Assembly (NCBI GenBank): GCA_965204345.1
Contig: OZ241981.1
Coordinates: 1,440,001-1,504,000 of the forward strand
Direction: 5' to 3'
Length of the DNA stretch: 64,000 nt
Source of the DNA: Nitrosopumilus sp.
GTDB lineage: Archaea > Thermoproteota > Nitrososphaeria > Nitrososphaerales > Nitrosopumilaceae
Shown here in pieces: positions 40,328 through 49,961 of this stretch (position 1 is the stretch's first letter; each line of letters opens with the position of its first letter). The notes beneath the pieces are model-generated. The model saw only the letters and a list, made by a program, of their open reading frames with translations, did not search any database and was not told the DNA's origin. The translations under genes and the position numbers were made by a program.

Positions 40328-40990
40328 ATGACGAACAAAATAGTTCCAGTCTTATTCATTATGACTGCTCTTATGAGATCTGCTACAGTAGAATCTGTAG
40401 AATTAATTCCAAATGCTGAAGCTCTTTAGCATAAAGGTAACAATATCTGTCTTCTTTGGAGAATCCAAACTGATACTTGGGATAATCCTGATAGTGCAGA
40501 TTTTCTAAGGACTGTAGGTGAGGTTACTAAAGAGCATCTGATGAAAAACTTGAAAATGGACTAGTAGCTGGGTTTGTGGTAAACTGTTCATTTGTTAAAG
40601 TGGATTCTAAGATGAATAAATGATGAAAGAGGATCACATGATGGATAACAGAGTGATCAAATCCAGTCACATGAAAGATGATTTGACTGCTTTTGTAGGC
40701 GATGCTCCATTTGGATGTAAAACTGTTGGAACCTACTTTATGGCAGTTCAAGCAAATGATCAAGTCAAAGTAGTCACAAACATCAAAAGCGTTTCATCAG
40801 GAATGGTTCTTGAAGGATGGCTTGTCGATGTGGATTCTGACTATAAGCTAAGAATTGGCAAAGCAAATCATAATGGAAAACTCTTCTCCTCACAACCAAT
40901 GGCAAATCCTGTATTTATGGTCCCAATTTTGTTAACAGAGGGAGACCAATAGGAGATACAAGCCCTGTGTCACCCGGCATGCCTGTTGGT
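40328..40990 (+). pseudogene. Decayed secreted protein with a Met/His-rich patch and RskA-C-like domain
   Basis: MTNKIVPVLFIMTALM...PNAEAL* signal fragment, several stops, then MMKEDHMMD...SGMVLEGWLVDVDSDYKLRIG. Confidence 0.55.
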
Positions 40991-41062
40991 GGAATCTCAC
41001 TTTTTATCCCCTTTGGACTCTGGTCCAATTTCTTATTTTTATTGTATAATGATATATTTTCA

Positions 41063-41081
41063 ATTGGGGTCTGATTTGGGA
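41063..41081 (+). promoter_or_regulatory. Conserved upstream motif, copy 4 (ATTGGGGTCTGATTTGGGA)
   Basis: Ends 38 nt before the first ATG (41119) and is followed by TTAATTAT. Confidence 0.65.
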
Positions 41082-41105
41082 TTTTGGTTAATTATCCGAG
41101 TTCTT

Positions 41106-41171
41106 TAAAACCTAATCAATGACCTTGCTAAAACCTAATCAATGACCTTGCTAAAACCTAATCAATGACCT
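41106..41171 (+). repeat. 23-bp tandem repeat (about 2.9 copies) spanning a start codon
   Basis: TAAAACCTAATCAATGACCTTGC at 41106, 41129 and 41152 (partial). Confidence 0.9.
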
Positions 41172-43003
41172 CATTAGTTGTTAATTTCTCATTAAGAAAA
41201 GAAGTATTTTTTATCACTTTGGGCTCATTGTTTGGAGCCTTTGTCATGTTTATCCCCAATTTTCTCTTGGATGCATTTACAAATTCTGAATTTTACTTGT
41301 TTTGGATAGTAGCCGCTAGGCTTTTTGGTTCTAGTGACTACCTGGTTGGAGTGTTTGTACATTTTGGAGTAGCTACCATTATTGGAATAATTGTTGGGTT
41401 GATACTATACAAAACAAAAATACTCAACATTTCAAAATTAACCAATGGAATAATTTTTGGAGTTTTAGCAGGAACCGTTGTTACTGTTGTTTTTACAATT
41501 CCCGTTCAATATTTTTGGATTCAGCCTATCATGGCAGAACTAAACAATACTCCTGTAGGTAATTTTGTTCTATCAGAAGAATTTCTAATAAAATCATTTT
41601 TGACGCATTTTCTTTGGGGTGGAACCTTGGGAATTTTGGCATCCTTTTTGACTGCAAAAAAAGGAATGAATTACAGATGCCATAAATGTGATATAGAATT
41701 TTCAAAACTTAGCACGTATGAAGAACATTTTCAATACATCCATGTCTCACCTCATCCCCATACACAAAAAATTGTTATCTTAGGTGGCGGTTATGCAGGT
41801 GTAGGCGTATTAGAAAAAATCCAAAAGCAATTTCAAAAAGATGTTGATATTGACATTTCTATTATTTCAGAACATAATTTTTTTCTTCACACTCCAATGC
41901 TGCCAGAACTATCTACTGGAACTATTGAACCACGCCATATTGCTACTCCGATTAGAAATTTCTGCAAACGTGCCAGATTTTATCAAGCCAAAATAATGAG
42001 TGTTGATTTGGACAAAAAATTTGTAACCATTGATAATTCTGGAGGCAAAAAACAGCTAGAGTATGACTATCTGGTCATTGCAACTGGAACTAAAACAGGA
42101 TTTTTTGGAAATGAAAATCTAAAGAAACATTCTCTTACAATTAAGACTTTAGATGATGCTAATGTACTTAGAAATCAAATAATAACTCAATTAGAGTTAG
42201 CTGATCAACAGGAAATCTCAAAACAACCTGAACTTTTGTCTTTTGTTGTAGTTGGTGGTGGATTCTCTGGAGTTGAAACTGCTGGTGAAATCAATGAATT
42301 TATTCGTGAATCTGCTGAGAAATACTATCGAAATATTGAGCCTGATTCTATTCAGATCAGCCTAATTGCAGCACGAGATCATATATTGCCTGAAATTGGA
42401 ACTCTTGGAAAATATGCTGCAAGTTCTTTAGAAAACGCAGGTGTGAATATAATTTACAATACCAAGGTAACTGATGCTAATACCACACATATCTCACTAA
42501 GTGATAATGCTGAATTGTATTATTCCATGTTGATATGGGCAGGCGGCAATGAATCCCAGGACTTTGTACAATCACTTGACGTTGAACATCATAAATCAGG
42601 GAGAATACTAGTTGACAAATATCTTAGGCTGCCAGAATATTCCAATGTATTTGCATTGGGTGACTGTGCATATATTTTAAATTCTAAAAATGAGCCATAT
42701 CCTCCAACTGCACAGCACGCCATAAGAGAGGCAAAGACCGTGTCTAAAAATCTGATTTCATCAATTCGCAACAATGGCAAATTATCAATATTTGATTATT
42801 CATCAAAGGGCTCTATGGCAAAAATTGGAAAACGGGATGGGGTTGCTAGAATGCTTGGAGTTAATCTAACCGGATTTACAGCTTGGTTTGTGTGGAAGCA
42901 ATACTATTTGTCAACTCTTCCCGTAATGGAGAAACGAATTAGAGTCGGTCTTGATTGGTTTGTGGATCTTTTCTTTACTCGTGATATCACTAAACTAAAT
43001 TAA
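41165..43003 (+). CDS. Fusion: multi-TM domain + C2H2 zinc finger + NDH-2-type FAD/NAD(P)H oxidoreductase
   Basis: About 5 TM helices, CHKC..F.....EEHFQYIH, ILGGGYAG, FLHTPML, VVGGGFSGVETAGE, FALGDCA, PPTAQHA. Confidence 0.88.
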   Translation: MTSLVVNFSLRKEVFFITLGSLFGAFVMFIPNFLLDAFTNSEFYLFWIVAARLFGSSDYLVGVFVHFGVATIIGIIVGLILYKTKILNISKLTNGIIFGVLAGTVVTVVFTIPVQYFWIQPIMAELNNTPVGNFVLSEEFLIKSFLTHFLWGGTLGILASFLTAKKGMNYRCHKCDIEFSKLSTYEEHFQYIHVSPHPHTQKIVILGGGYAGVGVLEKIQKQFQKDVDIDISIISEHNFFLHTPMLPELSTGTIEPRHIATPIRNFCKRARFYQAKIMSVDLDKKFVTIDNSGGKKQLEYDYLVIATGTKTGFFGNENLKKHSLTIKTLDDANVLRNQIITQLELADQQEISKQPELLSFVVVGGGFSGVETAGEINEFIRESAEKYYRNIEPDSIQISLIAARDHILPEIGTLGKYAASSLENAGVNIIYNTKVTDANTTHISLSDNAELYYSMLIWAGGNESQDFVQSLDVEHHKSGRILVDKYLRLPEYSNVFALGDCAYILNSKNEPYPPTAQHAIREAKTVSKNLISSIRNNGKLSIFDYSSKGSMAKIGKRDGVARMLGVNLTGFTAWFVWKQYYLSTLPVMEKRIRVGLDWFVDLFFTRDITKLN

Positions 43004-43100
43004 TTTCTGCGTGTTTTCATCCTCAGAACAGTATCTGAATCCTTGTAATTGAATCAAAGATGAAATTATTGTTTAAATTAAACAACATGCCAGTTATCTT

Positions 43101-43205
43101 ATGAAACCTCAATCATGTAGAAATTGTGGAAAAGAACTATTTCAAAACCAAAGAACATGTCCTAACTGTGGCAAGGAAACTGGTCACGATGATATTGAAA
43201 ATTAG
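43101..43205 (+). CDS. 34-aa zinc-ribbon microprotein (absent from ORF track)
   Basis: MKPQSCRNCGKELFQNQRTCPNCGKETGHDDIEN*. Confidence 0.6.
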   Translation: MKPQSCRNCGKELFQNQRTCPNCGKETGHDDIEN

Positions 43206-43530
43206 TTTTTATCGTAGATTATTACTGTGAATTTGTAATTTTCTTTATAGCTAAAGGTGTCTTCTTGATAAAGAAAGACTCCAAATGATACAAATTAAGG
43301 GAATCCATAAAAATCCAGTTAAGACAGATGGATGTGTATTGCAGATTTTGTGATACTTGTTCTACACTTTCGTTATCAGAGGCTTGGATGACAAATGTTG
43401 CTAAGACTTGGCCAAACAGGGGAGGTGCTCCAAATAGAAAAAAATAACACTGTGGATATCACTGAACTAGAGATATCCCATTGGGAATCAATTTTTGTTC
43501 TTAAATGAGTTTAATTCCTATTTTTCCAAG

Positions 43531-43745
43531 ATGGGATGCGATGATGTGTGCAAAAACTATCGTGCAGTAGACCTCGTATAGGTAGAAGATATGAAAATGG
43601 ATACAAAAGATATCAAACGTGCAAAATCTCTGTTCATTATGAGGGATTATTTTGCCCCTGCTGTAGCGTTAGACTCTGTCACTCTTCTAGATACATAAAA
43701 CCAAAAGAAAAGAATCCTCATCTTATAAGAATTAGTCTGCAATGA
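43531..43745 (+). pseudogene. Frameshifted small Cys-rich protein
   Basis: MGCDDVCKNYRA then a frame change to RPRIGRRYENGYKRYQTC...FCPCCSVRL, resembling a thaumarchaeal C..C/KRC..C/CPCC family (recognition from memory). Confidence 0.5.
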
Positions 43746-43752
43746 TATTGAT

Positions 43753-45420
43753 TCATGCTCTGTTTTTTGATATTGTAGCATTATTGGGATCTAAATCCTC
43801 CCAAGTTACCTCATAACCCATTTTTGATAACAAATCAGCATGACATGGATCAGGAATTTTTTGTGATGATAATATATTACATGCCTCAACAAATTGAGAA
43901 ACTTTGTCAAGTTTATCTGCAATAGAACTAATTTTCTTTTTTGAAATCAGATATGATTCTGCCACTATGTAATCGTCCGGGTAATCTGTAAGAAGAATCT
44001 TTAATGTTGCAGCTTCCGGAAGAGAATTTTCAAGAGCAGTCTGTTTTACTGAAATCAAGTCCGAATTTTTTTCATCTATCTTTATTTTTGTGCGAATCTT
44101 TTCTTCAACTATTTCAGCATCAATCTTTTTCAAATGTTCTAAAATGGGCTTGATTGAGACATCTTTTTGAAAAGTAAATATTCTATCTTTTGAAATTGTT
44201 TTAATCTGTGAGCATGACAATTCAGAGTTTACGGCTACTAGCAAATCAATATTTTTGTGGTTCTTATCAAACAACACCTTCAATTTAGAGGCTTTTCTTT
44301 CAAGATACTCTCTTGTCCAAAAACCTACAATTTCAAAATATACTTTTCTTCCAAATCTTTCAAAAAGAAAATCAGGAATCATTGCTTTGCCATCTGCAAC
44401 CAAGGGATCCGGCTCTCTGGATATTTTCCATCCAAACTTGTCATTTTGATCAAAGTGTTGGTAGAATTTTTTTGCAAATGCTGCTTCTGTAGAACTGTCA
44501 TACACAGAATCATCAATTTTCATGCTCCCTTCATTGTCTTGACGTGTTGAATCTATCACTGAACGAAGAAATTCCTTGGTACTTTCATTTGATAGTTCAA
44601 ATGAATAGATTTTTTGTCCATCTTCTGTTTTTTTCACTATAGAACCATTGATTTTCCACGTTGGCGTGCCTACAATTGAGGGTAGTAGTTTGGCCATTGA
44701 TGTTCCATACCTGTCAGTCATTTTGAAGAGACTAAGCGGTCCCTCTAAAACACATTTTATTGAATCATTATCAGAGTTCTCTTCTGAATTATACTGATAT
44801 TCTAGATTATACATCAAGCCGCATCTTTTGATATTGCGTAAGACCTGCTTCCAGTATATTCCCCCCTTTACATAAAATTCTAATTTTGTACATTTGAAAA
44901 GTAATGTCTGAAATAACGAAAGATTATACCATAAAATTAGATCCTTGGCACTGATGATATCAAATTGTGCTAGTATCAAATTCTCATCTTTATCACTCCA
45001 CATTATAGTCTCAATATTTTCTGATGAAACGTGCATCTGATTTGCAACTTTTTGTATGATGCCTTGTCTCTGCGAATCAGACAAGGCCAAACCTTGTTTT
45101 GATGATTCTTCAAATAACTTTTGTCTTATGAGCATTGGTGTTGCATTGGATGTTGATGTGTTTAACCTCTCGAAAATAGAACGTCTTTCCAATAAAGCGA
45201 AAAATCCGCGTACTAGCTTGTAATCATGCTCTGATTCAAGTTTTCTAATCTTTTGCAGTAAATCTCCTTTATGCCGTTTGTCTTTTTGTGCATTTGTAAA
45301 AAATACAATGAGTTTGTTTGCAAGCTCATAATCAGTGCCATTACCAAAATCACCGCTACAAAATAATGGCGTTATGTTGCCTCGACTAATTTTGGTACGT
45401 AACAGCTCAGATGAAAGCAT
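43753..45420 (-). CDS. Bax1-like nuclease (DUF790)
   Basis: MLSSELLR, YNLSLFQTLLF, GPLSLFK.T.RYG, DSSTE, IPDF...FEIVGFWT.EYL. Confidence 0.88.
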   Translation of the reverse strand: MLSSELLRTKISRGNITPLFCSGDFGNGTDYELANKLIVFFTNAQKDKRHKGDLLQKIRKLESEHDYKLVRGFFALLERRSIFERLNTSTSNATPMLIRQKLFEESSKQGLALSDSQRQGIIQKVANQMHVSSENIETIMWSDKDENLILAQFDIISAKDLILWYNLSLFQTLLFKCTKLEFYVKGGIYWKQVLRNIKRCGLMYNLEYQYNSEENSDNDSIKCVLEGPLSLFKMTDRYGTSMAKLLPSIVGTPTWKINGSIVKKTEDGQKIYSFELSNESTKEFLRSVIDSTRQDNEGSMKIDDSVYDSSTEAAFAKKFYQHFDQNDKFGWKISREPDPLVADGKAMIPDFLFERFGRKVYFEIVGFWTREYLERKASKLKVLFDKNHKNIDLLVAVNSELSCSQIKTISKDRIFTFQKDVSIKPILEHLKKIDAEIVEEKIRTKIKIDEKNSDLISVKQTALENSLPEAATLKILLTDYPDDYIVAESYLISKKKISSIADKLDKVSQFVEACNILSSQKIPDPCHADLLSKMGYEVTWEDLDPNNATISKNRA

Positions 45421-45468
45421 CAGAAATCAACTCTCCATCTCGTTTTGTCATTTTATCATCCAACATCA

Positions 45469-46917
45469 TTATACTCCTCCATAGGATGATGAGTTTTCGT
45501 TGTTAGTAGAATTTTTTTTCAACAAAGTTATTCTTTTTGCACTGGTGTTCGTCTCTCTAGTGTGTCTTGATATCAATTCCACTAATCTGGCCTTTCTACC
45601 GTCCTGTTTTGGCCTTAGAATTCTACCCAGCCTCTGGATTAGCTCCCTTCCACTGCCTGTTCCACTCATAATTATGCCTAATTCTGCGTCTGGAACGTCT
45701 ACTCCTTCATCCAAAACCCGTGAAGTGACTACTGCGTTATATCTGCCAGATCTGAATCCTTCAAGAACATCCCGCCTTTCATCTTTTGTAGTCTTGTATG
45801 TTATGTGTGGAATCAGAAATTTGTTTGAAAGATCATAGACCATCTTGTTATTCTGGGTGAAAATTATTGTCTTTGTTTTTTTGTTTTGTTGCAATATTTT
45901 TTGTAATTCATCCACTTTTGATTGGCTGTTTAATGCAATCTCATTTGCCTTGTTTCTTGCAAGCATTGCTTCTCGTGCAATCTTGTTTTTGTTTGACATC
46001 ATGATTAGGCGTTTAAGATTATACATTGATGGAACTTTGAATCCTAACTGTCTGAGATTTGCCAAGAATTTTTTATGATTAACTTCATATTCCCTTTGTT
46101 CTTGAGTGGTTAGGGTAACTTGTATCCTGTCAATTGTGTATTCTGCTAGATGTTTTTGTTCTGAGAGTCCTTGTAAGCCAAGGCGAAATACCACTCCTCC
46201 GGTTAGATATGGAATCAACTCATGCAGTTCATCTTCCCTCTCTATTGTTGCAGTCAAGCCTAATCTGTATGGAGAAATGAACTGTTCTGCAATAGAGCGG
46301 TATCCTGGAGCAGGCAGATGATGAACTTCATCAAAAATAATCAATTTGAATTGATTTCCAATTGCTGATGCTCTAAGATATGCAGAATCATATGTTGCAA
46401 CAGTAATTGCTTGAATGTCATCTTCTCCACCTCCCAATTTTCCTACAGAAACGTTTTGAGAGGTTTGATTGTTAATTGTGAGATGTTTTGAGATGCTGTT
46501 TTCCCACTGTTCCATTAAATCTATTGTTGGAACTATCACCAATGCAGACGAATTTACTTTTTGAATTGCTTTGATTCCGATGGCCGTCTTTCCAGCACCT
46601 GTAGGCAAAATAACACATCCTCTCATGGATGATTTTTCCCAGTTTTGTATGGCTTGCTGTTGATAGTCGCGCAACTCCAAATTCTTTATTTGAAATACCG
46701 GGGAATCAATAAAATCATGTACATTATCGATAAAATCCAAATCACTATTTGTTAGATAATCTACAATTTCTTGATAGTTCAGACCGTAAGATCTGAGAGA
46801 TTTCGTTCTATCGTCATATTTTGTGTTTGGGATTCTAACTAGATTACTATCTTCAATACGTATTGAGCCTTTCTCAAAGAATAGTCTTGGTTTTGTTGAT
46901 GATGATGATGATGGCAC
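45469..46917 (-). CDS. xpb: XPB/Rad25-like SF2 DNA helicase
   Basis: LRDYQ, PTGAGKT, DEVHH, LTAT.ERED, LDEGVDVP, QRLGRILR; upstream of Bax1. Confidence 0.9.
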   Translation of the reverse strand: MPSSSSSTKPRLFFEKGSIRIEDSNLVRIPNTKYDDRTKSLRSYGLNYQEIVDYLTNSDLDFIDNVHDFIDSPVFQIKNLELRDYQQQAIQNWEKSSMRGCVILPTGAGKTAIGIKAIQKVNSSALVIVPTIDLMEQWENSISKHLTINNQTSQNVSVGKLGGGEDDIQAITVATYDSAYLRASAIGNQFKLIIFDEVHHLPAPGYRSIAEQFISPYRLGLTATIEREDELHELIPYLTGGVVFRLGLQGLSEQKHLAEYTIDRIQVTLTTQEQREYEVNHKKFLANLRQLGFKVPSMYNLKRLIMMSNKNKIAREAMLARNKANEIALNSQSKVDELQKILQQNKKTKTIIFTQNNKMVYDLSNKFLIPHITYKTTKDERRDVLEGFRSGRYNAVVTSRVLDEGVDVPDAELGIIMSGTGSGRELIQRLGRILRPKQDGRKARLVELISRHTRETNTSAKRITLLKKNSTNNENSSSYGGV

Positions 46918-47006
46918 TCTGTCTCATTTTTGTAAATGTCACTATAATCATTTTTTGATCGTCTATTAGATCGCCCTAGTCAACAAAAAATAAAAATTTA
47001 CGCTCG

Positions 47007-47675
47007 TCATTTAATCAGTCTTTTGGCTCTGGCAAATACAACAGACCATTGATTCCAGGTTAGTCTACCCGTCTGTGTATTTTGTTTTGATGGATGATAT
47101 GATGTGAGAATCTGGATGGAGTCATGCTTGAATAGTTTATTGTGGCCAAATTTCTCTGGTTTAGTCTCATACAATTTACACGTGGCATCATATGCGATTT
47201 TTCCAAGACACAAAACTGTTGTAACATTTTTTAGAATTTCTCTTTCTTGCTTTAAATACCCAAAACAGGCATTCATCTCTTCTCGTGTTGGTTTGTTTTG
47301 TGGCGGTGCACATCTTACTGCTGCTGTAATGTATGCATTTTTTAGCACTAGTCCATCATCAACAGTCTGACTGGTTGGAATCGATGCAAATCCATATTTG
47401 TGCATCACTTTTGCAACCCAATCCCCTGATGAATCACCTGTAAACATTCTACCTGTTCTGTTTCCACCATGCGCTGCGGGTGCTAATCCAACAATCAGTA
47501 ATTTAGCTTTAACATCTCCAAACCCTGAGAGTGGTTTGCCATAGTATTTTTCCTCTTTGAATCGCCTGATCTTATTTCTTGCAACATCTCTGATGTACAC
47601 TGAGAGTCTTGGACATTTTTTGCAGCTTGCAATCTTTTTGTTTAGGGATTTGATGGTCTTCAATGCTATTCTCAA
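47007..47675 (-). CDS. Uracil-DNA glycosylase family 5 (UdgB-like, Fe-S)
   Basis: CKKCPRL, GLAPAAHGGNRTGRMFTGD, YHPSKQNT. Confidence 0.9.
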   Translation of the reverse strand: MRIALKTIKSLNKKIASCKKCPRLSVYIRDVARNKIRRFKEEKYYGKPLSGFGDVKAKLLIVGLAPAAHGGNRTGRMFTGDSSGDWVAKVMHKYGFASIPTSQTVDDGLVLKNAYITAAVRCAPPQNKPTREEMNACFGYLKQEREILKNVTTVLCLGKIAYDATCKLYETKPEKFGHNKLFKHDSIQILTSYHPSKQNTQTGRLTWNQWSVVFARAKRLIK

Positions 47676-47694
47676 ATTCTTCTTCTTCTTCTTC

Positions 47695-48300
47695 TTATGG
47701 GAATTTATCCGTAAAAACTACTTTTTCCAATGGTAACTGTCCTCCACGTGGCATTGCAGGTTGCACTTGCTTTCCTACTGCAATCATCATTGATATTACA
47801 TGATTTTCTGGAAGTTTGATTATCTCGGCTACTTTATCAGGATCAAAACCTATCATCGGATTTGAATCATATCCCATTGATTTTGCAGTAAGCATAATGG
47901 TTTGAGCTGCAATTCCACAGGATCTCATGGCTTCATCTCTTTGCAGTTCGTCTTTTCCCTCATAAAATGATCCCATTGCAGATACTAGAAAATCTTGATC
48001 TTCTTTTGGAGCATTCTTCCAGTATTGAACAGGATCATCTTTCCATGCTTTCAAATCAGCACAAACTATTATGAGTAATGACGAATCAGTAACTTGAGCT
48101 TGATCCGATGATGCTGCACGGATTTGTTTTCTAGTTTCAGAATCTTTTACTAGAACAAATCTCCAGTTTTGCATGTTAAATGACGTTGGTGATAAAACTG
48201 CTAATGACATTATTTTGTTTATTTCATCATCTGTCAGATTGTAATTTACATCATAGTGTTTTACAGAACGACGTTCTTTAATTGCATCAAATGTATTCAT
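47695..48300 (-). CDS. Nitroreductase family protein
   Basis: RRSVKHY, SPTSFNMQNWRF, MIGFD. Confidence 0.9.
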   Translation of the reverse strand: MNTFDAIKERRSVKHYDVNYNLTDDEINKIMSLAVLSPTSFNMQNWRFVLVKDSETRKQIRAASSDQAQVTDSSLLIIVCADLKAWKDDPVQYWKNAPKEDQDFLVSAMGSFYEGKDELQRDEAMRSCGIAAQTIMLTAKSMGYDSNPMIGFDPDKVAEIIKLPENHVISMMIAVGKQVQPAMPRGGQLPLEKVVFTDKFP

Positions 48301-48320
48301 ATATCTATAATTCTGTGTTG

Positions 48321-49015
48321 CTATTTATTTTTATAAAAAATAAAAAACCAGATTAAAAAAAATTCTAGTTGGCTTGTTGCTTCAGTTAATATTGAAGAGA
48401 TCTTACTGCGCAGTTCTTGTTCTGATTTTAAACAGCAGAACCCATTTTTTATAAGAACTGTCTCAACCATTGCATTAGCACCCTTGTAGAATGTTTCTCC
48501 AAATGATTTTTCTAATCTTGATTTGATTCTGTCTTTTTTAGATCCCAGTATTGCAGTCAATCTTAGGGTATTTCAAAGAAGATTTGGATACAGAGGAGGC
48601 AGAAAAATGTGACCGAATTCAGATTCTCAAGTAATCCTGTTGTTGAACATAATTTGGAAATATAAAGAAGAACCATCATCTTTGTCAAGAAATTTACGCG
48701 TTATCCTACCTGCCGATTCATTAATTTGAACAACTCACAAGCTTTCATCAGTAACAATATCTCTATAATCACATGTAGATGGATTAACATTTTATTGTCA
48801 TTAACTAGTTACCTTATCATTCCAGAAAAAATCATTTTTTAGGATCTGATAATGAATCTCTAATTTTATCAGCAACTCAAACCATGCCAGTATTTCAGCA
48901 GATACTCCAAAGATTTCTTGAGAATTAGCAAGTTGGGGAGTAAGAATGAAAATCCATGCAAATAAGATAATAATCCCCGATTGCTAAAACAGACACAAAA
49001 GCAACATGTTTCATA
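48321..49015 (-). pseudogene. Eroded coding remnants of unknown function
   Basis: Short interrupted minus-strand frames, including a hydrophobic start near 49014; no intact gene. Confidence 0.3.
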
Positions 49016-49198
49016 AAATAATTTGTTTAGAAACAAGAATAAAATCTCTCATTTATAAAATTCAATGATTTTTTATTGAAATCATTTTTTTTTGAGCCTA
49101 AATTCTATAAAAAATAGATGCTGCAAAAACATATCGTAATTAATGTAAAAAATAAAATGCTGCAAACAACTTTATTCTAGTTTGACAATTCTAAAGCA

Positions 49199-49813
49199 TT
49201 GGCATTAAAAAACGTAAAGACATCATTAAACAAAATTTCAAAATCTTTAGGAGAGATTCAGGATGCACGAGAATTTTTACTCAAAAATACAAGAGAAATT
49301 ATTATCCTATGCAGTAAATCAATCATTGCTGTTCATAAAGAAGATTTAGCAACTGGGAAAAAAAATCTAAAAGATGCCGAACAACTTTTAAAAAAATATA
49401 AGAAAAAAGCAACCGGGGATCTTAGAAGATATCTTATTACTCCAGAACAAGAGTTTGTAGAAGCGACATGCTTAATTGCAATTGTAGAACAAAGAGAAAT
49501 TCCTTCAGATAAAAAACTAGCAGTGATGCCAGAATCATATGTTTTAGGATTATTGGATTGTGTAGGAGAATTAAAAAGGCAGGTATTAGATAAGATTAGA
49601 ATTGGAAAAATTGATGATGCCACAAGGATTTTTGAAACAATGGAAAATCTCTATCTTCAATTATACACTTTTTCAATGTATGATAAAGTAGTAAAAGAAG
49701 CTAGAAGGAAAATCGACGTCAATAGAATTCTAGTGGATGATGTTAGATCCATAATTACAGAAGAAAAAAGACGCACAGAATTGATTAAAACTTTAGAAAA
49801 ATTAGAAAAATAA
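49199..49813 (+). CDS. Translin/TRAX-like (C3PO) family protein
   Basis: ARE, EQEFVEA, YVLGLLDCVGELKR, RRKID. Confidence 0.82.
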   Translation: MALKNVKTSLNKISKSLGEIQDAREFLLKNTREIIILCSKSIIAVHKEDLATGKKNLKDAEQLLKKYKKKATGDLRRYLITPEQEFVEATCLIAIVEQREIPSDKKLAVMPESYVLGLLDCVGELKRQVLDKIRIGKIDDATRIFETMENLYLQLYTFSMYDKVVKEARRKIDVNRILVDDVRSIITEEKRRTELIKTLEKLEK

Positions 49814-49826
49814 TCTTGTTGAGCAG

Positions 49827-49911
49827 TGCGGATGATGGGATTTGAACCCACGAACTCCTGAGAGACTAGCCCCTCAAGCTAGCGCCTTTGGCCAGGCTGG
49901 GCGACATCCGC
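49827..49911 (-). tRNA. tRNA-Leu(GAG)
   Basis: GCGGATG/CATCCGC stem, CTAGC-TTGAGGG-GCTAG anticodon arm, long variable arm. Confidence 0.95.
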
Positions 49912-49961
49912 AATAAAACTCTCTTGCATGGTTTTTATAATCCTTGATTACTTTTTTGTTC

